Origin: an uncultured Veillonella sp.
GTDB taxonomy: Bacteria > Bacillota > Negativicutes > Veillonellales > Veillonellaceae
Direction of reading: 5' to 3'
DNA: 64,000 bases
Assembly: GCA_963526885.1 (NCBI GenBank)
Contig: CAURQH010000008.1
Location: forward strand, 21,468 to 85,467
Shown: one piece after another, positions 30,717 to 39,102 of the stretch
Numbering within the stretch: the stretch's first letter is position 1
Layout: every line of letters begins with the position of its first letter
Position numbers and translations under genes: made by a program
Notes under the pieces: model-generated
Told to the model about the DNA's origin: nothing
Database searches by the model: none
Seen by the model: the letters and a program-made list of their open reading frames with translations, nothing else

Positions 30717-31046
30717 ATGAAGAAGAAAACATGCGTAGATTGTGGCAAAAAGTTCTTGCCTAAGTATGACCATATCGAGCGGTGCCATGAATGCGAAATG
30801 ATCCATCGCAAACAGGATTTGACGATTGGACAAGTGCTTATCTTGGAAAGTATGGAACGGAAGATTGAAGAAGAACGAGTACGGATAGGTTATTACCCAT
30901 TCACCCATACATGTGTATGGTGTGGCAGAAAGTTCGGTAATAATACTCGCAATTCGGTAGTTTGTAGTGAGAGATGCAGGAGAAAGAACAGATATGCAAA
31001 AGCGGTGGCACGTAAACAAGCACAGAGCATGCAGGCTCATGTATAA
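30717..31046 (+). CDS. Cys-rich zinc-finger hypothetical protein
   Basis: Several CxxC pairs; AAGGAGCAGAAATATG start motif. Confidence 0.7.
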   Translation: MKKKTCVDCGKKFLPKYDHIERCHECEMIHRKQDLTIGQVLILESMERKIEEERVRIGYYPFTHTCVWCGRKFGNNTRNSVVCSERCRRKNRYAKAVARKQAQSMQAHV

Positions 31047-31078
31047 GACATTCGATAGCAAGTACTGGAGGCGAATCA

Positions 31079-31858
31079 GTGAACACAGAACGTAAAATCA
31101 AGACAGAATTATATTGCGATAACTTTCAAAATTACAAACGGTATGGGATCCCAAAGGCACAATTAGTGATTGCAGATATTCCCTACAATTTAGGTAATAA
31201 TGCGTATGCGAGTAATCCGATGTGGTACAACGGTGGAGATAACAAGAATGGCGAAAGCAAATTAGCAGGTAAGGCATTCTTCAATACAGACCACAATTTC
31301 AATATTGCCGAGTACTTCCATTTCTGTAATCGGTTATTGAAGAAAGAGCCAAAAGAAAAGAAGAAAGCACCATGCATGATTATATTTTGTAGCTTTCAAC
31401 AGATGCCGATGATTATTGAATATGCCAAAAAACATGGATTTAAAAACTACATTCCGTTATTCTTCATCAAAAATTATTCATCGCAAGTATTAAAGGCTAA
31501 CATGCGACCAGTAGGGGCGACAGAATATGCATTGATACTCTACCGTGACAAATTGCCGAAGTTTAATAACAACAAGAAAATGCAGTTTGATTGGATGGAG
31601 TGGAAACGAGATAACAAGAAAGATGTGCCAAAAGTACACCCTACTCAAAAGCCTACAAATGTAATTAAGCGATTGATTGAGTTATTTACGGACGAGGGCG
31701 ATGTGGTGATAGATCCAGTCGCAGGGAGTGGTGTTACACTCCGATGTGCTAGAGAATTAGGACGTAGCAGTTATGGTTTTGAAGTATCGAAAGAATTTTA
31801 TAACAAGGCAGTAAATGAGATGTTAGCCGTTAATGAGTGGCAAGAACCGTTATTTTAA
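31079..31858 (+). CDS. Orphan beta-class N4-C/N6-A DNA methyltransferase
   Basis: Motif IV ADIPY precedes HPTQKP and motif I DPVAGSG. Confidence 0.9.
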   Translation: MNTERKIKTELYCDNFQNYKRYGIPKAQLVIADIPYNLGNNAYASNPMWYNGGDNKNGESKLAGKAFFNTDHNFNIAEYFHFCNRLLKKEPKEKKKAPCMIIFCSFQQMPMIIEYAKKHGFKNYIPLFFIKNYSSQVLKANMRPVGATEYALILYRDKLPKFNNNKKMQFDWMEWKRDNKKDVPKVHPTQKPTNVIKRLIELFTDEGDVVIDPVAGSGVTLRCARELGRSSYGFEVSKEFYNKAVNEMLAVNEWQEPLF

Positions 31859-31869
31859 GGAGTAGAAAT

Positions 31870-32307
31870 ATGAGAAATGACATAGTACAAGAGCATGACA
31901 GAATCATTGGCGAATGTGTTACAGAATTAAATGATATGTTAGACAATGTCTACAAATACATTCCTAAGACGATTTTTGAATTAGATATAGAAGAAGCAAA
32001 AGAGCAAGCCAAAGAAAATGATGAGGAAGAAAGACCGCCAATAGTATATTCGGATTTAGTGGAAGAATCTATAACAGCAAATTTACAGTTAGCAAGCCAA
32101 ATCATCTTTTATATTCAAAGTACACAATATGCTTGGGGTCACAAGAAAACAGTGAGACGGCTAATGCTAGTTGAAAGTTTATTGACATGTTGCATTAATC
32201 AGTTGGATCATAATGTGGATATTGAACCGTGTTCAAGAGTGTTTATAATGCAGTTGAAGTATATCCGTGAGATGGTAAGACATCATATTAATAATTTATG
32301 GGGGTGA
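31870..32307 (+). CDS. Phage hypothetical protein
   Basis: AAGGAGTAGAAATATG start motif. Confidence 0.7.
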   Translation: MRNDIVQEHDRIIGECVTELNDMLDNVYKYIPKTIFELDIEEAKEQAKENDEEERPPIVYSDLVEESITANLQLASQIIFYIQSTQYAWGHKKTVRRLMLVESLLTCCINQLDHNVDIEPCSRVFIMQLKYIREMVRHHINNLWG

Positions 32308-32311
32308 TAAT

Positions 32312-32494
32312 GTGAATGTAACATCCACCATGATATTAAAATTGACAGGATTACATAAAAAATTATTGTTTGATTGCACAGGAAGATGGGCAGGATATTT
32401 AAGAAGTAAATGGACTAAAAAACGAATTGTCGGAATAGATAAGGCGGTTGATTTGGTTGTGATGGGATTAATTAGAAAGAATAAAGGAAAGTGA
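32312..32494 (+). CDS. Phage hypothetical protein
   Basis: GGGGTG RBS, GTG start. Confidence 0.5.
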   Translation: MNVTSTMILKLTGLHKKLLFDCTGRWAGYLRSKWTKKRIVGIDKAVDLVVMGLIRKNKGK

Positions 32495-32498
32495 TGAA

Positions 32499-32675
32499 AT
32501 GGACGGAATAGAACCGCTTAATTATTATAATGGCGATAAAGCACTATATTTAGCAAAAACAATCCATAGAATTTATGACTATGTAGATTTTTTCAAAGAG
32601 CCAAAAGCAAGGCGTGTTGGTGTTGTTAAGGCGTATAAATTAATGGTTAGAGGGTTTCAAATAAAGATCAGTTAA
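32499..32675 (+). CDS. Small hypothetical protein (58 aa, not in ORF track)
   Basis: Fills the operon gap; MDGIEPLNYY... Confidence 0.5.
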   Translation: MDGIEPLNYYNGDKALYLAKTIHRIYDYVDFFKEPKARRVGVVKAYKLMVRGFQIKIS

Positions 32676-32691
32676 ACAAGAAGGAGGGAAA

Positions 32692-33063
32692 ATGCGGATT
32701 AATAAATCAGAATTAAAAGAATTAAGCAGAAGTGCATTATATGTATCAAAGAGAACATTTGAAGTAGCGGTAAAGAGTAGCAGTTTTGAAATGAATAACA
32801 AAGGAAAAGCATATGCAGTATATAAGATTTGTGCAGAAATTTATGATGCATTTCCAGTAAATACATGTGAAATAGATTATTACACTATAATAAAATATTA
32901 TTCTTTGCGACAAATATTAAGCAGTATGTGTAATGATAAGGAGCAATACCATGTAGCAGTGTTGAATGCTTGCAAATATTCGGATGAAATGTGGGTTGCA
33001 TTTGATAAAATGAAATACATTTTAGATAATTTTGAAACGGAACTATTTGAGGAGTGGGAGTAA
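32692..33063 (+). CDS. Phage hypothetical protein
   Basis: AGGAGG RBS. Confidence 0.7.
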   Translation: MRINKSELKELSRSALYVSKRTFEVAVKSSSFEMNNKGKAYAVYKICAEIYDAFPVNTCEIDYYTIIKYYSLRQILSSMCNDKEQYHVAVLNACKYSDEMWVAFDKMKYILDNFETELFEEWE

Positions 33064-33065
33064 CT

Positions 33066-33491
33066 ATGAAAATAAAAATTAAAAAAACACATCCAAACGG
33101 AAAGATTCCAACATATGCAACAGATGGATCTGGTGCATTCGATTTCTACAGTGCCGAAGATGTATTTATTTCAGAAACGGAAGTGCGTGCTATCAATTTA
33201 GGTGTAGCAATGGAGATACCACAAGGGCATGTAATGTTGTTATTCCCACGTTCTAGCATTGGAAAGAAGACATGGCTAAGAATGGCAAATAGTGTAGGGG
33301 TCATAGATAGTGACTACCGAGGTACAATTCATGCGTTATATGAAAATGTACTTGGTGGCGATACTATTTTAATTGGACAAAGAATAGCACAAGGGATTAT
33401 CGTACCTGTTCCGAAAGTGGAATTTGAAGAGGTAGAAGAGTTATCACCTACTGAACGTGGCGAGGGTGGATTTGGTAGTACAGGGGTTTAG
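33066..33491 (+). CDS. dut: Trimeric dUTPase
   Basis: GAFDF, PRSS, GVIDSDYRG, RIAQG, RGEGGFGSTG. Confidence 0.95.
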   Translation: MKIKIKKTHPNGKIPTYATDGSGAFDFYSAEDVFISETEVRAINLGVAMEIPQGHVMLLFPRSSIGKKTWLRMANSVGVIDSDYRGTIHALYENVLGGDTILIGQRIAQGIIVPVPKVEFEEVEELSPTERGEGGFGSTGV

Positions 33492-33493
33492 AT

Positions 33494-33715
33494 ATGACAG
33501 AATATGAAGTAGAAGAACTGAAAGCAGAAGTTTTAGATTTAATTATGACGATGGAATATTGGCCATGTAATAACGATGAAAAGTTTTGGGATATACAATG
33601 TAAGACGTGGCCACTGCTTAAACAGTTGAAGCCTGTGCTCAATGAGGATGAGTATGAAAAGTTATATGAAATGTACGAGCAGGCGATTATATGGGGGTTT
33701 ATAGGTGAAACGTAG
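33494..33715 (+). CDS. Phage hypothetical protein
   Basis: Operonic ORF. Confidence 0.6.
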   Translation: MTEYEVEELKAEVLDLIMTMEYWPCNNDEKFWDIQCKTWPLLKQLKPVLNEDEYEKLYEMYEQAIIWGFIGET

Positions 33716-33871
33716 ATATTTAAACACATTCGCAGAATATGCCATAGGTGGTGCATGTACTAATTGTGATAGAGAAGATTTCAAGAAATATGATCTAAGA
33801 ACGGCACTGATACACGTAGGGATGCCAGTATATGATGAGTGTTCAGAGTGTTACCCGTATAAGGTGCAGAC

Positions 33872-34252
33872 ATGAAGAATGCACTACGGATAGATTGCGA
33901 TTTCGTATATCTGAACGATTATATAGACAGTGAACGTACCAACAGAATAATTGCCTCTAGCATTAAGAAGAAATTAACGAATATAGTCATAAAACAGTGT
34001 TTATATGCGAATTGTAATAAGCCAAAACACAAGGTAGATATGACGTTTCGATGGCATGTAAAGGGTAGGCATGACAGTGACAACATAGCCTTTGCAAAGA
34101 AATATGTGCTTGATGGTATGGTTAAAGCAGGCGTACTAGAAAATGACAATCCGAAATGTGTTAGGCATTTAAAAGATTATATCTATCGTGATGTAAAGAA
34201 ACCAAATTTAGATTATGTTGAAGTATCATGGGAGGAAATAGACGATGAATAG
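33872..34252 (+). CDS. RusA-like Holliday junction resolvase
   Basis: HDSDNI.FAKK.VLDGMV.AGVL.ND motif. Confidence 0.82.
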   Translation: MKNALRIDCDFVYLNDYIDSERTNRIIASSIKKKLTNIVIKQCLYANCNKPKHKVDMTFRWHVKGRHDSDNIAFAKKYVLDGMVKAGVLENDNPKCVRHLKDYIYRDVKKPNLDYVEVSWEEIDDE

Positions 34253-34634
34253 TGTTCAATTAATGGGTCATTTGGCAAAAGATGTAGAGTTAAGATATAC
34301 GGCAAGTGGTAGACAGGTAGCAACATTCACAGTGGCCGCCACAAATACATACAAAGAACAGAATGGCGAGGCCAAAGAGTTTACAGCATTTGTAAATTGC
34401 GTAGCATGGGGACAGCAAGCAGAGTATTTTAGCCAATTCCAAAAGGGCGATAGGGTATTTGTTCAAGGAAGATTACAAACACGTTCTTATGAGGCACAGG
34501 ACGGTACTAAACGATATGTTACTGAGGTAGTTGCGGATTTCTGTACAGGCTATGCAAAAGCACCACAGACACAGGGGCAAGGCAATTTTGATATGATGGC
34601 CAATACTAAACCACGAGAGGAATTACCATTTTAA
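34245..34634 (+). CDS. ssb: Single-stranded DNA-binding protein
   Basis: MNSVQLMGHL..DVELRYT, GRLQTRSY, C-terminal ELPF. Confidence 0.95.
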   Translation: MNSVQLMGHLAKDVELRYTASGRQVATFTVAATNTYKEQNGEAKEFTAFVNCVAWGQQAEYFSQFQKGDRVFVQGRLQTRSYEAQDGTKRYVTEVVADFCTGYAKAPQTQGQGNFDMMANTKPREELPF

Positions 34635-34715
34635 TAATTAGTGATGTAGTAAAACAAAACCACCCTATCTGATGATGGGGTGGTATTCGTGCGTGTTATG
34701 GTAAAGGAGCAGTAC

Positions 34716-35189
34716 ATGGAATTAAGCAAAAAAGAACAACGAGAGTGGGCAAAGGCAGAATTAGGGAAATTATGGGAGATACGAGAGGAAGGCAAATGGG
34801 CGAGTTATCAGATTAAAAAATTAGAACGAGAGATGGGACCGAAAGAACTAAATGGATCTAGCCTAAGCGGAGAGGGTGGTGGAGGATTCCAAGTACCGAC
34901 AATAGAACAACTAAATAAATTACAGGAATTATACGACCAATTAGAAGAGTATAAACAACGGTCGATAGAATTAGAGTTGCAGACATTACGAATTATTGAT
35001 AAAATTGATGACGGTATATTAAGAGTGATATTGAAACGTGTATACATTAGCGGGCAACGATTGAGACATATGTATAAAAGCATAACGAAATCGTATGATA
35101 CTGTTAAGCAGTGGCATTCTGAGGCGTTGGTTCAATTTTATGTAAAATCTCATGAAATTTCCCCCGCAAATACACCTAAATACACCTAA
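34716..35189 (+). CDS. Putative late transcription regulator (RinA/ArpU/DUF1492-like)
   Basis: Last early gene; coiled coil plus sigma-region-4-like C-terminus (ILKRVYI.G...YDTVKQWHSEAL). Confidence 0.7.
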   Translation: MELSKKEQREWAKAELGKLWEIREEGKWASYQIKKLEREMGPKELNGSSLSGEGGGGFQVPTIEQLNKLQELYDQLEEYKQRSIELELQTLRIIDKIDDGILRVILKRVYISGQRLRHMYKSITKSYDTVKQWHSEALVQFYVKSHEISPANTPKYT

Positions 35190-35217
35190 ATACACCTAAA
35201 TACACCTAAATACACCT
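35168..35217 (+). repeat. Five perfect tandem copies of AAATACACCT
   Basis: Read directly; abuts TGATATAAT extended -10 at 35226-35234. Confidence 0.95.
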
Positions 35218-35298
35218 ATTGACTGTGATATAATATATAATGTGATAAGTGGGAACAGTTGGAACTCATTTTACACTTCCTCTAATAACATACAAAAG

Positions 35299-35340
35299 CA
35301 AAAGTAGCATTATCCATTAGCTGGGATAGTGCTATTTTTG
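35299..35340. terminator. Intrinsic terminator shortly after the putative late promoter
   Basis: AAAAGTAGCATTATCC...GGATAGTGCTATTTTT. Confidence 0.75.
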
Positions 35341-35361
35341 TACCTTTTTTCTTTATTTATC

Positions 35362-35390
35362 TTTACATTTTAATCATAAAGTGTTATAAT
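35362..35390 (+). promoter_or_regulatory. Moron promoter
   Basis: TTTACA-17-TATAAT with TG extension. Confidence 0.78.
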
Positions 35391-35415
35391 ATAAGTATAG
35401 AAAGGAGGTGAAGAT

Positions 35416-35571
35416 GTGAAAGAGTTTTATGATTCATTGTTTGAAATAGTTTCATTCCTTGCTAATATGATTGCAGTACTAACTGGAGCATATCAAGGGT
35501 ATAAGAAATTAAAGCAAATTTTGAAAAATAAAAAACCCTCTAAAAGGAATAAACGCCACAAACGCAAATAA
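35416..35571 (+). CDS. 51-aa hydrophobic/basic peptide (type I toxin-like; not in ORF track)
   Basis: AGGAGGTG RBS; MKEFYDSLFEIVSFLANMIAVLTGAYQGYKKLKQILKNKKPSKRNKRHKRK. Confidence 0.65.
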   Translation: MKEFYDSLFEIVSFLANMIAVLTGAYQGYKKLKQILKNKKPSKRNKRHKRK

Positions 35572-35637
35572 CCTATAGAGGGTATACAGAGGGGGAGCAA
35601 TCCCCCAATGTATCTCAATTGTATCACGTCAAACAGT

Positions 35638-35790
35638 ATGAAAACAAGAACGAAAAAATTATTATTGTTGGCATTGGCTATTGTTTCATTTGTATCTAAT
35701 CTTTATTCGGGGATGAATTGGAGTTCATGGATTAATGGTGCGTTCATTGGTTACCTTTATAAAATGTGGTTAGGTGATAAGAATGCCTAG
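35638..35790 (+). CDS. Small membrane protein
   Basis: MKTRTKKLLLLALAIVSFVS...; two hydrophobic segments; weak RBS. Confidence 0.5.
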   Translation: MKTRTKKLLLLALAIVSFVSNLYSGMNWSSWINGAFIGYLYKMWLGDKNA

Positions 35791-35980
35791 AGGTGGAGCA
35801 CGAGAAGGTGCAGGTCGTAAGGTCGGATGGCGTAAAGGGTATAGCGAGGCTAGACAAGGGCACCAATTGCGATTACATGAAGATGAATGGCAAGTAGTGA
35901 AAGCCTTTTCTACATTGGTAAAGAAAGATATAAACAAGGCAAAGCAAAAGCTAGAAGAGTTACAAGAAGAAATGAAATAA
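35783..35980 (+). CDS. Small GGAREGAGRK-motif protein (putative DNA-binding)
   Basis: Similar to host 17711-17899; terminator 35986-36013. Confidence 0.72.
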   Translation: MPRGGAREGAGRKVGWRKGYSEARQGHQLRLHEDEWQVVKAFSTLVKKDINKAKQKLEELQEEMK

Positions 35981-36038
35981 CGTACAAGGACGCTTATAAA
36001 TGGGCGTCCTTTTGTATTGCATGAAAGGTGGTGAGGGT

Positions 36039-36230
36039 TTGACAAAAATAGCATGTAGCAAGAAACAATGCTTGAATAATAGGCACGGTGTATGTACTGC
36101 TAGCTATATCATATATGATGGTCGTTGTCAGACTTTCACAACACCAAACGACAGCATGCGTGCAGATGTGCATATGGTGCACCGTGTACATGGAAAGATT
36201 AAATCTAAGAAAGGGCAGGTATTACGATGA
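36039..36230 (+). CDS. Small Cys-rich protein (DUF1540-like)
   Basis: IACSKKQCLNN..G.C.A..I.....C.TF pattern; TTG start after AGGTGGTG. Confidence 0.55.
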   Translation: MTKIACSKKQCLNNRHGVCTASYIIYDGRCQTFTTPNDSMRADVHMVHRVHGKIKSKKGQVLR

Positions 36231-36694
36231 ATATTGTAGAGTTAAGCATTCATGATCTAGTGCCGTATGAGAATAATCCAAGAAATAATATTGAGGCCGT
36301 GGAGTATGTGGCAAATAGTATCGAGAAATTCGGATTCAAAGTGCCTATCGTGGTAGATACAAATAATGTGATTGTCGCAGGGCATACAAGATATATGGCA
36401 AGCAAAAAGTTAGGGCTTGAAACAGTACCATGTATTGTGGCGGATGATTTGACCGAGGAACAGATTAAGGCATTCCGTTTGGCTGATAATAAAGTGTCAG
36501 AGATTGCGACATGGGATTTAAACAAACTGCAACTTGAATTAGATTTTTTAGACTGTAACATGGAAGATTTTGGCTTTATAGGAGCTATGAAAGAGCCTGA
36601 TATAACAGACTTTTTAGAAGACCATGAAAGCAAAACGAAAGAACCTAAAACTGTTGTATGCCCTGAATGTGGTCATGCGTTTACGGTGGAATAA
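36227..36694 (+). CDS. ParB N-terminal (ParBc) domain protein with C-terminal zinc ribbon
   Basis: LVPYENNPR, SIEKFGF.VPIVVD...IVAGHTR, FRLADNK; CPECGH. Confidence 0.88.
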   Translation: MNIVELSIHDLVPYENNPRNNIEAVEYVANSIEKFGFKVPIVVDTNNVIVAGHTRYMASKKLGLETVPCIVADDLTEEQIKAFRLADNKVSEIATWDLNKLQLELDFLDCNMEDFGFIGAMKEPDITDFLEDHESKTKEPKTVVCPECGHAFTVE

Positions 36695-37428
36695 TGAAAG
36701 TATTTTTAGCGAACGTCGAACCTGATTTTGTTATAGAGGAAAGAAAGCCTAAATATTATCTTGAAAGCTATTACTACTTAAAGAAACCTATTCAGCTTCA
36801 ATTAATGAAAGAGGTTGATATGTTCCTGTTGGATAGTGGTGCTTTTACTTTTATGAACGCAAAAAAAGATAAAGCATTTAATGTTGATGAGTATCTAAAC
36901 AATTACATAGACTTCATAAATAAATATGATGTTCAATATTTCTTTGAACTAGATACGGATAGCGTACACGGTATAGATAAAGTTCTTGAAATGAGAAAAA
37001 AACTAGAAGCTGGTACTGGGAAACGTTGTATACCGGTATGGCACAAATCAAGAGGTATTGATTGCTATAAGAAATTGTGCAAAGAATATGACTATATAGC
37101 GATTGGTGGGTTCGTTACAAAAGAGATTAAGAAACCTGAATTTGCTAAGGTTAAACAGCTTTTAGACTATGCCAGATATCACAATGTAAAAGTACATGGC
37201 TTGGGTTTTACAAGCATGAAATACATAGATAAACTACCATTCTTTAGCGTTGATAGCACATCGTTTAAAAGTGGTCGACGTTTTGGACAGGTACATCATT
37301 TCGATGGTAAGAAAATTATTTCTAAAAAAAGCCCTGAAGGTAAACGAGTTAAGGACTACATGGCGGTAGATAAAATTAACTTACAGGCTTGGATACAGTT
37401 TCAAAAGTATGCAGATATACATCTATAA
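36694..37428 (+). CDS. dpdA: DpdA-like deazaguanine DNA transglycosylase (TGT fold)
   Basis: FLLDSGAF, ELD, IPVWH, IAIGG, VHGLG, SVDSTS TGT-barrel motifs; directly upstream of queC. Confidence 0.78.
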   Translation: MKVFLANVEPDFVIEERKPKYYLESYYYLKKPIQLQLMKEVDMFLLDSGAFTFMNAKKDKAFNVDEYLNNYIDFINKYDVQYFFELDTDSVHGIDKVLEMRKKLEAGTGKRCIPVWHKSRGIDCYKKLCKEYDYIAIGGFVTKEIKKPEFAKVKQLLDYARYHNVKVHGLGFTSMKYIDKLPFFSVDSTSFKSGRRFGQVHHFDGKKIISKKSPEGKRVKDYMAVDKINLQAWIQFQKYADIHL

Positions 37429-37437
37429 GGAGAATAT

Positions 37438-38136
37438 ATGAATAAAGCCATAGTTTTATCGAGCGGTGGTGTTGATAGCACAACTGCTCTTGCATTGGCT
37501 GTAAAAGAATTTGGTAAAGATAATGTTTTGTCTTTATCATTTTTTTATGGTCAAAAACATGATAAAGAATTGAAAGCTGCGGAGAATGTGGCTAATTATT
37601 ACGGTGTAAATCATAAAGTATTTGATATTAAGCAATTCCTGGCTTATTCAAATTGCTCTCTTTTAACTCGCTCCACAAAAGAAGTTAAAGAGGGAAGTTA
37701 TGACGAACAGTTAAAAGCTAAAAAGGAAGATGATATTTTAGAAACGTATGTTCCTTTTAGAAATGGCTTATTATTGTCTATTGCGGCTACTATTGGAATG
37801 AGCGTAGCAGAAGATGATAAAGTCTACATTTATCTAGGAAACCATGCGGATGATGCAGCTGGTAACGCTTATGCAGATTGCTCTATGCAGTTTGTAACAG
37901 CTATAGGCGAGGCGATTAAACTTGGTACCTACAATAAAGTTGAAATCAAAAGTCCGTTTGTAAATTTTAATAAATCACAAATTGTAGAAAAAGGACTATC
38001 TCTTGGTGTTCCTTATGAACTCACATGGAGTTGTTATAAGGGCGAAGAAAGACCTTGTGGTAAATGTGGTACTTGTATTGATAGAATTAACGCTTTTAAA
38101 ATTAATGGACTTAAAGATCCTACTATGAAGGAGTAA
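37438..38136 (+). CDS. queC: 7-cyano-7-deazaguanine synthase
   Basis: SGGVDS, YGQKH.KEL, YVPFRN, Y.DC, TWSCY...CGKCGTC. Confidence 0.96.
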   Translation: MNKAIVLSSGGVDSTTALALAVKEFGKDNVLSLSFFYGQKHDKELKAAENVANYYGVNHKVFDIKQFLAYSNCSLLTRSTKEVKEGSYDEQLKAKKEDDILETYVPFRNGLLLSIAATIGMSVAEDDKVYIYLGNHADDAAGNAYADCSMQFVTAIGEAIKLGTYNKVEIKSPFVNFNKSQIVEKGLSLGVPYELTWSCYKGEERPCGKCGTCIDRINAFKINGLKDPTMKE

Positions 38137-38141
38137 AAAAT

Positions 38142-38477
38142 ATGTATTACGTATCAAAAAGAATGGAGATTGCAGGATCTCATAAATTAAATTTAGATTA
38201 TGAAAGTAAATGCCAAAATTTACATGGGCATAATTGGATAGTGACCGTATTTCTAAAAGGTGAGTCACTAAACCACAATGGAATGTTGATGGATTTTACT
38301 CACATCAAGAAACAAATTCATGATGTACTAGACCACCAACATATAAACGATATTGTAGAAGTAAACCCAACGGCAGAGAATATGTCTAAATGGATTTGTG
38401 ATAAATTGGGCGAAATGTGCTACAAGGTAGAAGTTCAAGAGTCAGAGGGGAATATAGCAACATATGAACGTGATTGA
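38142..38477 (+). CDS. queD: 6-carboxytetrahydropterin synthase
   Basis: CQNLHGHNW, DF, LDH, NPTAEN. Confidence 0.95.
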   Translation: MYYVSKRMEIAGSHKLNLDYESKCQNLHGHNWIVTVFLKGESLNHNGMLMDFTHIKKQIHDVLDHQHINDIVEVNPTAENMSKWICDKLGEMCYKVEVQESEGNIATYERD

Positions 38478-39102
38478 AATATTTAGCTCCATTGAGGGCG
38501 AGGGAACAAGACAAGGTTATTTGTGTACATTTGTAAGACTATACGGATGTAACCTGCGTTGCTCGTATTGTGATACTCCATATAGCTATGAGGGCGGAGA
38601 GTATACAGTTATTGATGTAAAAGAAGTAGCAGAAACAGTACGAGCAATTGGGAATAAGTATGTAACAATCACAGGTGGAGAGCCATTATTGCAAGAGCCA
38701 CAAGTTATTGAGTTAATAAAGCTGTTAGGTGAAGATTACGAGTTTAATATTGAAACAAATGGTAGTGTAATTCCTACATACAGAGCTGAAAACGTATTTT
38801 ATACCGTAGATTATAAATGCCCTACATCTAATGAAGAAACAAAGATGAAAGAAGAGGCGTTTTTAAATCTACACAAGAATGATGTAGTAAAGTTCGTTGT
38901 AGGTAGCATTGAGGACTTGCAACGTACATATGAATTTATTAAAACTCACGATATACAAGCTCATATATACTTATCTCCTAGCTACCAAGAAATAACAGCA
39001 AGAGAGATTGTAGAGTTTATGAAAGATAACAATATGCAAGATGTACGAGTACAATTACAGATCCATAAGTATATATGGGATGTAAACGAAAGAGGGGTAT
39101 AA
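38464..39102 (+). CDS. queE: 7-carboxy-7-deazaguanine synthase (radical SAM)
   Basis: EIFSSIEGEG, FVRLYGCNLRCSYCDT, TGGEPLL, IETNG, QIHK. Confidence 0.95.
   Translation: MNVIEIFSSIEGEGTRQGYLCTFVRLYGCNLRCSYCDTPYSYEGGEYTVIDVKEVAETVRAIGNKYVTITGGEPLLQEPQVIELIKLLGEDYEFNIETNGSVIPTYRAENVFYTVDYKCPTSNEETKMKEEAFLNLHKNDVVKFVVGSIEDLQRTYEFIKTHDIQAHIYLSPSYQEITAREIVEFMKDNNMQDVRVQLQIHKYIWDVNERGV

Noticed and set aside
35168..35217. Tandem repeat as a CRISPR array
   Set aside because: 10-bp units with no spacers and no cas genes; no CRISPR array seen anywhere in the window
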